Shown here piece after piece: positions 26,001 to 38,408 of a DNA stretch of 64,000 nucleotides (its first letter is position 1; every line of letters begins with the position of its first letter). The notes beneath the pieces were generated by a model. It saw nothing but the letters and a program-made list of their open reading frames with translations. It made no database searches and had not been told where the DNA came from. The stretch is from Mobula hypostoma (taxonomy: Eukaryota), in contig NC_086097.1 of NCBI RefSeq assembly GCF_963921235.1, positions 243,538,001 through 243,602,000 of the forward strand. Direction: 5' to 3'. The position numbers were made by a program, and so were the translations under genes.

Positions 26001-27160
26001 TTACCACCTTAATGGTTCTGCTTTTTAATTTAGTCCCTAGGTGCTTAAATTCCCTCAGCAGAACCTCTTTCCTCATTCTACTTATGTCGTTGGTACCCAC
26101 ATGGACCATGGCAACTGGATCTTTCCCCTCCCACTGCAAATTCCTTTGCAGGTCAGATAAGATGTCCTGAACCCGGGCACCAGGTAGGCAACACAGCCTT
26201 CGGGATGCTCTATCCTTGCGACAAAGAACTCTGTCCATTCCCCTGACTATACTATCCCCAATTACCACTACATTTCTCTTCTCCCCCCTCTTGAATGGCT
26301 CCCTGAACTACGGTGCCACAGTTATGTTGCTCATCCTTCCTACAGTCCCCACTCTCATCCACACAGGGAGCAAGAATCTCAGATCTGTTGGACAAGCTCA
26401 AGGGCTGAGGCTTCTCCAGCACTGTCTCTTGGATCCCACTACCCACCTCGCTCGCAGTTACACCCTCTTGTCCCTGACCACAGACCGAATTTGAGGCAGT
26501 AAATCTATTGGGTGTGACTACCTCCTGAAGCAAAGAATCCAGGTAACTCTCCCCCTCCCTGATGTGCCGCAGTGTTGAAGCTCAGATTCCAGGTCATCAA
26601 CTTTGAGCCCGAGTTCCTCGAGCAGCCAACACTTGCTGCGGGTGTGATCGTTAGGAACCACAGTGGGGTCCACCAGCTCCCACATCATGCAGCTACAGCA
26701 CATCATCTGATCCTGCATCATCTCTACTTTATTTAATTAGCTGTAATTTAGTGACTTTTTATTCAACCACTACAGCAGCCTGACCTGCTACTTACCTGTG
26801 CCTCCTCGCCGAAGCCTCTTGAACCAAAACCTCAAGTTCCCACTCCTACACTGGTCCATTCACATAGTGCCCATTTCGCTTTGTCCCTGCTTTACTTTTA
26901 CTTGCTCCTCCTAATGAATCGCAAATCAGTTGGTCTGCCGCTAATGCGCCGAGTCCCACGAAACACTCCTTTTTTTTTTTTTAACTCTTCTCCCCGATCT
27001 GTGCAAAGCTCTCCCTCTCTGCGAATTGATTGGTCTATCGCTAATGTGCCAAGCCCCGCAAAACGCTACATTTTTTAATTCTTCTCCCTGACCTATCCAA
27101 TGTTCTCTCTCTCTGCAAATTGATTGGTCCACCACTAATGCCTTCTAACTACCCTTAGAC
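23040..27160 (-). mobile_element. Old CR1 5' half (5' UTR, ORF1, APE), interrupted at 23794-25423
   Basis: 26518..26721 CCSC..C; 25783..26268 VIGDSIVRG, HVGTND, DGLHLN; 25485..25781 YLNTRSIQNKVDEL, AITET; 23322..23564 ILDLVL. Confidence 0.87.
23794..25423 (-). mobile_element. Nested 5'-truncated CR1 with an uninterrupted 515-aa RT ORF
   Basis: ORF 23863..25410 has QHGF, DFSKAFD, GVPQGSVLGP, GKFADD. Flanked by TATC, tail (TTCTATG)n. Confidence 0.93.
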
Positions 27161-27179
27161 TATAGAACAAATTGTGGGC

Positions 27180-28545
27180 TAGCGAAAGCTGAGCAGACAA
27201 GTTTTGTGACGAACACTGGTGGGGGTCGTAGTCTTTTCAACAGGAGATGGAGAGAGAAGAAGATTGAGAAAACCGGCCATAGGATTTGACCTAACTGGAA
27301 TATGTGATTTAATGGAGTACAATGTGGGAAGTTCTATTGGATATTGGTGAATAGGAGTTGGTGCTGTGAGTAAGGGGTATATCCGGCTTTGGGAAGCTAT
27401 GAGCTGCAACCTTGTGCACATTTTTAACAGGTTTAATTATAGGCCCTCTCACTTTTTTTCTTTTCCTTTTCTTCTCTTAATAACTTTTCGATTAGGCTGA
27501 AATTCGTAGATACACCTATAGTTGTATGCAGTATATGATCTGTTTTTTTTCTTGTGTGGGAGCAGTATCTACACAGATTGGGGTTTGGGAGGTCGAAACA
27601 TCCTAACTTGCTGGTTTGGTGGACCCAAGTCATACCGACCATAGAAGTATGGAGTTTAAGTAAGGTGGCTTTCTCACCACTGAGTCCAGTGGCTGTTGTC
27701 ATGCACCCCGTGACGGGTTAAAGAACCAGCAGAAATGGAAAACACCCTGGAGTCCAGAATTGCCATTAACTATATAATAATTAACTTATATATAATTAAG
27801 TATATCAGTAAGTGTGGAAATATATGAAAACCAAGCTTCTTCAGGTCTAGGGGTAAATAGATAGTCTTACGATGATGAGTAAAGTTTAGTTCAGTTCATG
27901 GTATTGAGTTGAGTAGTGATGGAGAGACAGAGAGAGGGAGAGACTTGAGTCTTCAGGTGAGCTGCCGTGGATCTTCCCATTGTCCTCCGAAATCCTTTAA
28001 AAGTCGCCGAATGTGACCACAACAGAAGGGGACTGTTCTTCTGTGGTGGAGCTATCAACCCAGGCGAGAGTTGGACACACAAATAACTCCCCACCGGTCA
28101 CACCTTCTCCACACTGTGAGAGCCACTGATTGATCCACCTGATCAATCCTCCAATTCCCACTTTTTCTGTGGGCACGACGAAGCTCATTCAGTGTCCGAA
28201 ACCATGTGTCTGAGGTCTATCATCTGACCTTCTATTTATCTCCCCGTGCTGAGTACCAACTGTCTCTCAAACAGCGCCTCCCTTCTCTTTCTGTAAGAAT
28301 GAAAAAGCAGGCAATGCCCTTCGGAAAGTATAAACAAACTGTGAGCAGTCTTCGTCCCTCTCTCTCCTTCTTTCTTTCTTTTTAACAAGGTGTCTGTTGC
28401 TGAGCACCTCTCTCTCTCTTTTCAAAAGCACAGTTCATAGGGGTAATCGAGCACAGTTCATGGCGGTAAAACAGGACCCCGTCATACTGTTAGTGAGTGG
28501 CTAATGAGCCGAGTTTCTATAGAAGCCTGGCAAAAGGGGGTTTCA
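27180..28545 (+). repeat. 5' LTR (left-truncated, split by a solo LTR)
   Basis: Aligns by eye to 35531-36102 (GTTTTGTGACG.ACACTGGTGGGGGTCGT; GGTGGCTTTCTCACC; TTTCTATAGAAGCC...GGTTTCA). Confidence 0.85.
27697..28486 (-). mobile_element. Solo LTR inserted in the Gypsy 5' LTR
   Basis: TGTCA...GTCATA termini with 4-bp TSD CTGT (27693-27696 and 28487-28490). Orientation is inferred. Confidence 0.75.
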
Positions 28546-30335
28546 ATGTGGGTTCTGATTTACTGAAGGAGTGGCAGTGTTCAGGTAATATGAAAAGTCA
28601 GCGACAGTAGAGACTTTAAAAGGTCCGGCTGCTGAGGTCCTCAAAGGCAGAGAACCCACTTGCCGCATCTGCGGGCTACTTGGAAGCATTAGAAAGCAAC
28701 TTTGGCATGATGTGCTGCCCAACAAAGCTTATGAGGGGGTTCAGTACACGTTCCAGGAGAAAGAGGAGAAACTTTCTGCCTATATTTTTTGGCTAGAGGG
28801 ACAGCTGCTTTGCTTGCGCTGTAAAGGGGCCATTCAATGGCTGAGATAAATCAACTATGGATGGACCAAGTGGCGAAGGGCGCGCAGTCACTCGACGTGA
28901 TTGCTTTAAGCCTCCAACGTCTTACAAGAAGCGTCCCCTTCCCTCGTTTGTTGAGCTGATCAGAGAAGTTAGAGAGGAGGAAAACACGAATGAGGCGCGG
29001 GAGGCCTCCGTCAGCAGGACAAACTCCTCAGTATTAACCTCGGTTGCTGAAGCGACCCCTAATGCCACACAAGTGGGGATTTGGCGGGATGCAGTGAAAG
29101 ATCTGAAAGCTAAGGTACTTCCTTGATATCAGCTGGAGCTGCCACCAAGCATGACAAGGCCGATAGGAAGCTAAACCCACCACTAGGATGCTCGAAGCAG
29201 AGGGCTGCTACTGAGCAGGGTCTCTTGACCAGGGGAGCAATCAGTATTTTCTGTTACAACTGTGGTGAGGATGAACATTGCAAACAGGAGTGTAAAGGAT
29301 AGGAAAACCTTTGGAAAGTGACCTAACGGTTACTTAAATATAAGAGGAAATTGGGAAACTTTGCAGTGACCTAGTAAGGGAATGGCCTAGCATCTTGGGG
29401 GGAAGCACGTTCCAATCAATACATCAACAAATTCACAAAAGTGCAAAACCCTATTCCTGAAGGCTTCGTGGGGCCAAGCTCAATCCATATGGATTGAGGG
29501 TACTTGTGCTCAAGCCAAATTTGACACCGGTTCCTTGGTTAGTCGACTGTACAGATCCTTCTACAACCGGTATTTGACATGTGTACCGTCCACTTCACTC
29601 AGTGCACTAGAAATTTGTGGCCTTAGTACCCGCATGATGGTCACCTGTCGTTGAAACTGAAGTTTGCGGAAGCAAATGTTAAAGTTGCTGAGGCACTTGA
29701 CACGTTAGTCCTTGTCTGTCCAGACCCAGTTGAGAAGGGTGAAGCTTCCATTCTTGTGGGAACAAATACTCCTATTGTGAGAAGGCTACTGGGACCCTGA
29801 AAGGAGAGAATTTGGAGAGAATTTTCTGAAAACCTTGTCCCTTCACCTGGCATTCAGAGCTATGTTTCAGAAGGTGCAAGTTCATCCTAAACAGGATGAT
29901 GAGCACAGACAAGGAACTATGTGATACACCCTGTCTGAACCCATTGTGTTATGGCCTGGGGAAGTAGCTAGAGTGACTGGAAACTCCAAATTCCCTGGAC
30001 TCTCTGATGCTGAGGCATCTTCATGAAGAAGAGTCACTCTTACCTGCTGGGGTGCTGATGAGGCCTGAACTGCAGAAGCTGTAAGCTGTTACACATAAAC
30101 AGGATGAGCGTGATGATCAGGAACACCTTGGAGAGAGAGAAGGCTCCCTCAGGCATGGGATGTCAATGGGACACCTTTTCCCAGTGACCGTAATGTTTAG
30201 TTTTCCTGCGAGAAAACCAGGAGAGAGGCAGTCTCCTGGATCGGGGAAGTTAACAGCCAAGTCATTCAGCTTTGTTGACTCCCCGGTATCCAAGAGATGG
30301 AAAAGGAGACTGATGGAGAAGATATTAAACTTTGA

Positions 30336-30444
30336 ACATAGAACAGTACAGCACAGTACAGGCCCTTCGGCCCACATTGTTCTGCTGACCCTTAAACCCT
30401 GCCTCCCATATAACCCCCCCACCTTAAATTCCTCCATATACCTG
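30336..30444 (-). mobile_element. 109-bp CR1 3'-end insertion in Gypsy pol
   Basis: Matches 23800-23914. TSD TTTGA at 30331-30335 and 30445-30449. Confidence 0.9.
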
Positions 30445-30549
30445 TTTGAGGATATCTTTTCTACTGACAAGTTTGATGTGGGATGCTCCAAAAGCACTCG
30501 CCAGACCATCCAAGTGACAGAGGACACCTCTTTCAGAGAAAGGTCTCAA

Positions 30550-31234
30550 TGATTAGAACCAGCGGAGGTGGAAAATGTTTGACAGCATCTACTGAAACTG
30601 AAGGAAATGTTAACTGCTGAGAAAGTTCTCTCTCTAGCAGCTTGTTTGGGTTATAAAGAGAATTGTAATCATTTGCTAACCAATTGGGATAGATGTTATT
30701 CTTTCTAGTGTGTCTGTAAGCTATTGTGATACACGGGTTTTTGGGGAGAAGGCGCGATGGGGACAGAGAGAGGAGAGGCGATGCTGTGAGCTGGCCGACA
30801 GGACGGACCCCAAGTGGGAGTCCGAGGCCCAGGGTCTTCGGCGAGGAGAGAAGACGAAGGCAGACTCGTGTGGAGCGTCTAGTCGACCACCGTGGTTGGT
30901 CCCAGGCGGCAGGACAAGATGGTCGGAGGGGATCGAATGGTAGAAAACTGCCCCCTTTACTAGAGCTCCAACTGTGCACGAAGTGGTTGAACTTTGATAA
31001 GTTTGGCACCTTTCACTTTCCTTTTATATTTTATCTCTATTAATTACATAGTTCCAGTAATATCCATAAAGTGTAATCATTTAATTGCATATGGTGTATT
31101 GTCTGTTATTTGGCGGGGTGGGGTACATCACACAGCATCCACACAAACTTATTACCCAGTATGGCGGGACCGAAGACTGCTTCCCCTGGACGACAGTGAG
31201 TTGAGCGAGCCTGAGGCGTACCAAGGGGGCTACA
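30550..31234 (+). mobile_element. Partial LTR-like insertion in Gypsy pol
   Basis: Non-coding block ending GGGGGCTACA, placed between pol motifs FRERS and MCLDYRALN. Confidence 0.6.
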
Positions 31235-33241
31235 TATGAATGTGTCTTGACTATCGGGCACTGAACCAACTTACAGTCCCTGACCAGTATACTGTTTCAT
31301 GGATCCAGGATGCACTGGCCTGCCTGAGTGGAGCGAAGTGATACAGTGTGCTGGACCTAAGGAGTGGGTATTATCAGAACCCATGAGTGAAGCTGACAAA
31401 GAGAAGACAGCATTCATATGTCCACTTGGATTCCTTCAATTTGAAAGGATGGCCCAGGGCATATCAGCAGTACTGGCTACTTTCCAATGTGTCATGGAGA
31501 AGACTGTTGGGGGCAAGAAGTTGCTTGAGGTACTGGTGTATTTCAATGATCTCATAGTGTTCGGGTCCACGCTGGAGGAGCATGAGACAAGACTACTGAA
31601 GCTGCTGGACCGCCTGAAAGCTGAAGAGTTAAAACTGTCACTGGGCAAGTGTCAGTTCTCTAAAAAGTCAATCAACTATGTTTGGCACATAGTCTCATGG
31701 GATGGAGTAGTTCCAGATCTGTCTAAGATAGAGGCAGCAACCACACGGCCAAGGCATAAGAATATAAATGCTCTGCACTCATTCCTTGGATTCTGAGGGT
31801 AAGCCGGAGATTTGTGAAGGACTACTCCAAAGTAAGCAACCCTTTGAATCAGCTTCTGTGCAGTTACTCTCACTTGGGGAAGAAAAGGAGAAGAACGAAA
31901 GGAGAAAAATGTATTTTTTATCTTGGCTCTTTGGAACCTTTCAGAGCAAGGTGGGATGCAAAATGTGAAGAGGCCTTTCAGCTGCTGAAAGATCTACTGA
32001 CTGAAGTACCTGTGTTGGCCTTTGCAAACCCCCAGTTTCCGTATGTACTACAGCCTTGAGGGTTTAGGTGGTGTTCTATATCAGGACCAGGGCAAGGGGT
32101 TGAGATCTGTCAATTTTGTCAGCTGTAGTCTGTCGCCCTCCAAGTGAAACTACCCCATGCACAAATTGTAGTTTCTAGCATTGAAATGCTAGATGGAGTT
32201 TCTGGTGGATAAGTAAATTGACTATCTTTATGGTGGCAAGTTTGAGGTGAGGACTGACCACAATCCATTGACTTGTATCCTGACCTCAGCAAAGTCGGAT
32301 GCCACAGGCCATCATTTGCTGGCAGCATCGCCTGCTGATGATTTCAGCCTGCAGTATTGGTCAGGGAGCTGAAACTTTGATGAGCATGCATTGTCCCGAC
32401 CTTCGCATGAGGTGCTGGAAATGGACGGAGAGTGGGAGAGTGTTCCTGGCTCTGGTGTTAAAGCTATGTGCCAGTTTTCTACAGTGGAGAAATCCGAGGC
32501 AAGGATATGGCATGACAGAGCTGTGGATATTTTGTACTACTCCACTAGCTCACTGCAACTTGATTGCTCTGAATATGAACAGTTGCCTGCCTTGAGTCCT
32601 GGGGAAGTAGCAGCAGCTCATCAAGATGACCCTTGTGCAGGTACCATATGGTCAGCTGTTGCAGAAGGGGATATAGCCCAAGTTGCAAAGACGAAACACC
32701 TTACCATACCCCTACTGATGAGGGAATGGAACCAACTGGAGTTGAGGAAGGTTCTATACCAGTCACGTCTTCTCCAGACAGGCCTCGGCGTTCCCAGTTG
32801 GTTTTGCCTGAGAAGCATCGGAGGATTGTCCTGAAGTCACTTCATGACGATTCAGGTAATCTGGGGTTTGACAAGCCCTACGAATTGGTCTGAGATCAGT
32901 TATATTGGCCCAGAATAAAGCCTGAAGTTGAAGAGTACTGTAAATCGTGCAGTCGATGGAGATGCTGCCTACAAAGGTTGCTCCATTATCCCATTTACAG
33001 AGCGTGGGACCACTTGATTTAGTGTGTATGGATTTCCTCTCCATCAAGCCTGATTCCAGCAACACTGCAGCTGCCTTGGTTATTATTGATCACTACACCA
33101 GAATTGCTCAAGCCTTCCCTGCAAAGGATCAGAGGGCAGCCACTGTGGGAGAAGTGTTATGGGAAAAGTACTTTGTTCATTACGGCCTTCCAAGATGATC
33201 GGGGATCAGGGAAGGGATTTTGAGAGACAGGAGTCTCTCAA

Positions 33242-33897
33242 CCCTGAAAGTTGCCTCACAGGTGGATAGGGTAGTTAAGAAAGCTTATGGAGTGTTAGCT
33301 TTCATAAGTGGCGGGATAGAGTTTAAGAGTCGCGATGTAATGATGCAGCTCTATAAAACTCTGGTTAGGTCACACTTGGAGTACTGTGTCCAGTTCTGGT
33401 CACCTCACTATAGGAAGGATGTGGAAGCATTGGAAAGGGTACAGAGGAGATTTACCAGGATGCTGCCTGGTTTAGAAAGTATGCATTATGATCAGAGATT
33501 AAGGGAGCTAGGGCTTTACTCTTTGGACAGAAGGAGGATGAGAGGAGACATGATAGAGGTGTACAAGATAATAAGAGGAATAGATAGAGTGGATAGCCAG
33601 CGCCTCTTCCCCAGGGCACCACTGCTCAATAAAAGAGGACATGGCTTTAAGGTAAGGGGTGGGACATTCAAGAGGGATATTAGAGGAACATTTTTTACTC
33701 AGAGAGTGGTTGATGTGTGGAATGCACTGCCTGAGTCAGTGGTGGAGGCAGATACAGTAGTGAAGTTTAAGAGACTACTAGACAGGCATATGGAGGAATT
33801 TAAGGTAGGGGGTTATATGGGAGGCAGGGTTTGAGGGTCGGCACAACATTGTGGGCCGAAAGGCCCGTAATGTGCTGTACTATTCTATGTTCTATGA
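33242..33897 (+). mobile_element. 5'-truncated CR1 in the Gypsy integrase
   Basis: ORF 33220..33834 is nearly identical to the C-terminus of 23863..25410. Tail TTCTATGTTCTATG. Confidence 0.92.
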
Positions 33898-33914
33898 GTC
33901 GAGAAGTCAAGGAT

Positions 33915-34395
33915 CATGCTATAATCGAGGACATACCCGACCAAAACTTTTCCATGGAGGGCTTCCAGACCGTTTGGGCTGACCGGAAGTGCACGGAGAG
34001 CGGTAAGCGTAAAGGAGTTGGGGGCTTGCTGTTCTGGTTAACAACGGATGGTGCAATCCGGGTCATATTACGATCAAGGAGCGTGTTTATAGACTGGATA
34101 TTGAACTTTTTGCTGTTGGACTCCGTCCATATTCCACCGAGATACAACACTGGGCATCATGGGAGATTGTTCCTTCCTGTGGCCATCGAACTATGCAGCT
34201 CCTCCCGTGGAGGGTCAGACACCCTGACCCAATCGGCTGGTCCTGAACTATTTCCATCTGGCATAGTTTGCATATTGTTGTTTGATTGCTTGTGGTTTTT
34301 GTATTGCTATATTTACGCTCTATTCTTGGTCGGTGCAGCTTTAACCCAATTTCCCTCAGGATCAATAAAGTATATCTATCTATCCATCCATCTAT
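33915..34395 (+). mobile_element. Internally deleted Rex1/Babar-like LINE (APE fragment joined to 3' end)
   Basis: EDIPDQNFSMEGFQTVWADR..SGKRKG joined to RYNT...FLPVAIEL, ending AATAAAG(TATC)n. Confidence 0.65.
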
Positions 34396-35348
34396 AATCA
34401 CTCTCAAGGTGATCCCCAGCCTGAAAGGTTCAACCAGACCTTATTAGACATGCTCAGATCCCGGATATCAGCAAAAAGAACAAATGGAATCAGCATACTG
34501 AGCATCTCGTCCACTGCTACAACTGTACAGAGAACTGAAGCTACTGGGTACTCGCCACACTGTTTAATGTTCAAGCGTGAAGCGAGATTGCCTTGTTGAT
34601 CTCTGTTTCGGGACTGGCGGGGAAGACCTGGTACAGAAGACCTATCTTAAGTATGCATCCAACATGAGGAAGGAGCTGCAAAAGGCTTATGAACTGGCAG
34701 AGATCTCTGCTGCCAAGCAGAATCAAGGAAACAAGAGGAAATACGATCAAACGATTAGGTTCTCCCAACTGGTGCCTGGAGATGGAGTTTTAATAGGGAA
34801 TTTGGGGTTACCAGGAAAGCGTAAACTGGCTGACCACTGAGTTGGCTACAACTTATGTAGCGAAGAGCCAGATGCCAAATGTACCAGTTTTCTGGGTGAA
34901 GCCGCAAGACGGAATGGCCCAGTGGACAGGCAGACCCGATACGTTACGATGAAGGGAGGCTGGGCTCCAATGTAAATGGGGCGAAGATGAGCTCAGTCAG
35001 ATAACGGGGGGGGGGGTGGGGGGGGCTTGAGTTGCCTGAAGGCACTAGTAATGGACAGGGGGAGGTATCCCCAAGAAGAAATGAAAGGTCTTAAGGAGTG
35101 CTTGAGCCTGAAGAAGCTGAAGATGGGCTATGGATGTCTCAAAGAGTCAGAAACCTCCCAGAAAGGGGGCATATGATGCACTGGGGTAATAGAGCGTTGT
35201 GTCTATCCCCACGTGAAATATGTCACTACCATTTACAAATGGGAGGTTCTGACATCGCAAAATTCCATGGAAAACTGTGTTATTAATGATAGGTTGATGC
35301 ATTTCAAAGTCATGAGGATATGACTATGTTTGGTGGTGGGGGGGAGAA

Positions 35349-36102
35349 TGTAACACCTTGGTTAAGATTTTTACTGCTAATGCTGTAGGGTATTTCATTT
35401 ACAAGTTTTCTACAGAAGCAGTGTGTTCTGCCGATGGTGTTTGGGTTTCAGTTAAAGATATGGGGTTGTGATGTTCAGCTTAGGAACGTAGGGTCGGCCA
35501 ATCAGGATGGTGGAGTTGGGAGAAGGTTCGAGAGAAAGCTGGGCGGAAAAGTTTTGTGACGGACACTGGTGGGGGTCGTGGACTTCTCGGCGGGAGATGG
35601 AGAGAAAAGATCGAGAAATCCCAGAGTAGGATTCAATCTGTCTGGAATGCATGACTCAATGGAGTACAAGATAGGGAGTTCTACTGGTGATCAGTGATGA
35701 GGAGTCGACCGTGTAAGTGAGGGGCACATCCAACTTTCGGAAGGTATGAGCTCCACCTTGTGCACATTTGACTGGTTTAGTTATAATGGGCCCTCTTATT
35801 TTTTCTGTTCTTTTTCTTCTTTTAATAACTGATTAAGCTGAAATTCATAAATGTATCTTCTTTATAATTGTATGCAGTGTACAATCTGTTATTTCTTGCC
35901 GACAGGTAATTGCACATGGAGAGTATTTACACAGTTTTCACTCAGATCAGAGTTTGGGTGGTCAAAATGTCCCAATTTTCCCATTGGGTGGGTCCCTAAG
36001 TCATACCAACCCTAGACGTACGGAGTTTGAGAAAGGTGGCTTTCTCACCGTGAGTGGCTAACAAGCTGAATTTCTATAGAAGCCCAGTAAAAGTAGGTTT
36101 CA
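35349..36102 (+). repeat. 3' LTR of the Gypsy element
   Basis: Polypurine tract GGGGGGGAGAA directly before TGTAAC; ends GTTTCA; homologous to 27180-28545. Confidence 0.87.
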
Positions 36103-36193
36103 CACCCTTAATCCCTGACCTCCAATTTTAGTCTCTCCCAACCTCAGTGGAAAAACACTTCTTGCATTTACTCTAAATATACCCCTCATAATT

Positions 36194-36268
36194 ATCATCA
36201 TCAGGTGCCATGCCCAGTTTGAGCTTTGACTGCCATGGCCCACACACTCCTGTTTCGGGTCAAGTGGA
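36194..36268 (-). mobile_element. RTE LINE 3'-terminal fragment
   Basis: (TCA)n tail then CCATGCCCAGTTTGAGCTTTGACTGCCATGGCCCACACACTCC, same as 38409-38485. Confidence 0.75.
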
Positions 36269-36682
36269 ATAAGGAAAAGAGAAGTGCCCCCGTTTCACAG
36301 CGAGAGGGGAGACATAGCAAAGAGCTCACTGATTTATGATGTTAAGAGTCCGTTGGGTCGCTTTTCCCCAGCCCTGTGCCCGAAGAAGGCGGCCTTAAAT
36401 CTGCTTGCATCCAAAGCCATGAAAATCCGGCACCCTGAAGGCAGACTAGTCTTCTAGGCCGCATCCTTGGCATATTGAAAAGTGGCCGGTTGTGAGGCCC
36501 TGAGAGCGAGTCCCATTTCCGCAAAGGACCGAAGTCAACATGTAACTCCGGGTCAGGGTCTTCAAAAGAACCTTGAAAGGGGAAAAAAGAGATATCAAAG
36601 ATAGAAATAGGGCTGTTTCTGAAGATGCAAGCGAAGGAGTTGCCGTTAAGCACCATCATCCTAAGCTCCGCCCCTCCAAACT

Positions 36683-36767
36683 GGGGAGATGTACAATTTC
36701 TTACAGACAGCAGCGGAAATTGAACCTGGGTTATTGTAAAGCATGCTGACCACCACTCTACTGTGCC
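36683..36767 (-). mobile_element. tRNA-derived SINE head fragment (V-SINE/HE1-like)
   Basis: Minus strand GGCACAGTAG..TGGTCAGCA (A-box-like), GGTTCAATTTCC (B-box-like), then CTGTCTGTAAGAAATTGTACATCTCCCC resembling the V domain. Confidence 0.55.
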
Positions 36768-36854
36768 ATGTCTTTCAAAGAGAGTTACATGGCAAGTTAT
36801 TAATAAATAGTTTCATAAAAATACATGACCAATCCGGGAAGCCACACTGACCAA

Positions 36855-37172
36855 ATCTCTGGCACTGAGTCTGGTGCTGTGGCTCAGAAGACCAGGGAGA
36901 CGAAAAGGACTGCAGTGTGGATAGGAGACTAAGGCTTCGTCAGAGGAACAGAGATGAGGTTCTGCGGGCACGATAGGGACACCCAGATGGCATGCTGCCT
37001 CCCTGGCGCCAGAATCAGGACGTCTCAGATTGGGTCCGTGGCATTCTCAAGGGCAAGGGAAAGCAGCCAGAAGTCTTGATGAATATTGGCACCAATGACA
37101 GAGGAAGACAAGGTGAGGAGGTCCTGAAGAGAGATTTTAGGAAGCTAGGTAGAATGCTGAAATACAAGACCA
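36855..37172 (+). mobile_element. CR1 ORF1 (esterase) fragment
   Basis: QDVSDWVRGILKG..QPEVLMNIGTND in 36992..37336. Confidence 0.75.
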
Positions 37173-38408
37173 CTTGGCTATTAATGGGAAGAGGAATTGC
37201 AATTGCAAAGTATCATACTGTACTGCTTCTGCAAAAAAACAAATTTCATGACAGTATCAGTGTCTGCCTTTCCTTTGAGTTTGTTAGATGTGTGGAGAGT
37301 TACATGGGCAACAGCTTGCTCTCCATGTTGTACTGACCTGGCTTGCGGATGCAACATCCTGGTTTTGGAAAAGTAGAAACATAGAAAACCTACAGCACAA
37401 TAAAGGCCCTTTGGCCCACAATGCCATGCTGAACATGTACTTATTTTAGAAATTACCTAGGGTTACCTATTTTTTCTAAGCTCCATGTACCTGTCCAGGA
37501 GTCTCCTAAAAGACTCTATCATATCCGCCTCCACCACCGTCGCAGGCAGCCTATTCTAAGCACTCACCACTCTCTGCGTAAAATACTTGCCCTTGACATC
37601 TCCTCTGTATTTACTTCCAAGCATTTTGAGGGCACAGTTTTATGCCGCCTTGTGCTAGCCATTTCAGCCCTGAGAAAAAGCCTCTGACTATCCACATGAT
37701 CAATGCCTCTCATCATCTTATACATCTCCATCAAGTCACCTCTCATCCTCCGTCGCTCCAAGGAGAAAAGGTCAAGTTCACTCAACCTATTCTCGTAAGG
37801 CATGCTCCCCAATCCAGGCAACATTCTTGTAAATCTCCTCTGCACCCTCTTCATAGTTTCCACATCCTTCCTGTAGTGAGGTGACCAGAATTGAGCACAG
37901 TACTCCAAGTGGGGTCTGACCAGGGTCCTATATAGATGTAACATTACATCTCAGGTCTTAAATTCAATTCTATGGTTGATGAAGGCCAATGCATCGTATG
38001 CCTTCTTCACCACAGAGTGTCCTATGAGTGTCCTGTGGACTTGGACCCCAACATCCCTCCACACTGCCAAGAATCTTACTATTGATACTATATACAGCTA
38101 TCATATTTGACCTACCAAAATAAACTACCTCACACTTATCTGCGTTGAACTCTATCTGCCAGTTCTCAGCCCAGTTTTGCATCCTCTCGATGTCCCGCTG
38201 TAACCTCTTTCAGCCCTCCACACTATCCACAACAACCCCAACCTTTGTGTCATCAGCAAATTTACTAACCCATCCCTCCACTTCCTCATCCAGGTCATTT
38301 TAAAATTTACAAAGAGAAGGGGTCCCAGATCAGATCCCTGAGGCACACCACTGGTCACAAACATCCATGCAGAATATAACCCATCGACAACCACTTTTTG
38401 CCCTCCGT

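Larger units (their letters stand above)
27180..36102 (+). mobile_element. Decayed Gypsy/Ty3 LTR retrotransposon with PNMA-like gag and several nested insertions
   Basis: gag LPSFVELIREVREEE (28857..29126), knuckle CYNCGEDEHCKQEC near 29250, protease FDTGS near 29520, RT 31235-31796, RNase H region, integrase 32840-33220 and 34400-34900, PPT before 35349, paired LTRs. Confidence 0.88.

Noticed and set aside
36683..36767. tRNA gene
   Set aside because: Only degenerate A/B boxes and no cloverleaf. Better explained as a SINE head.
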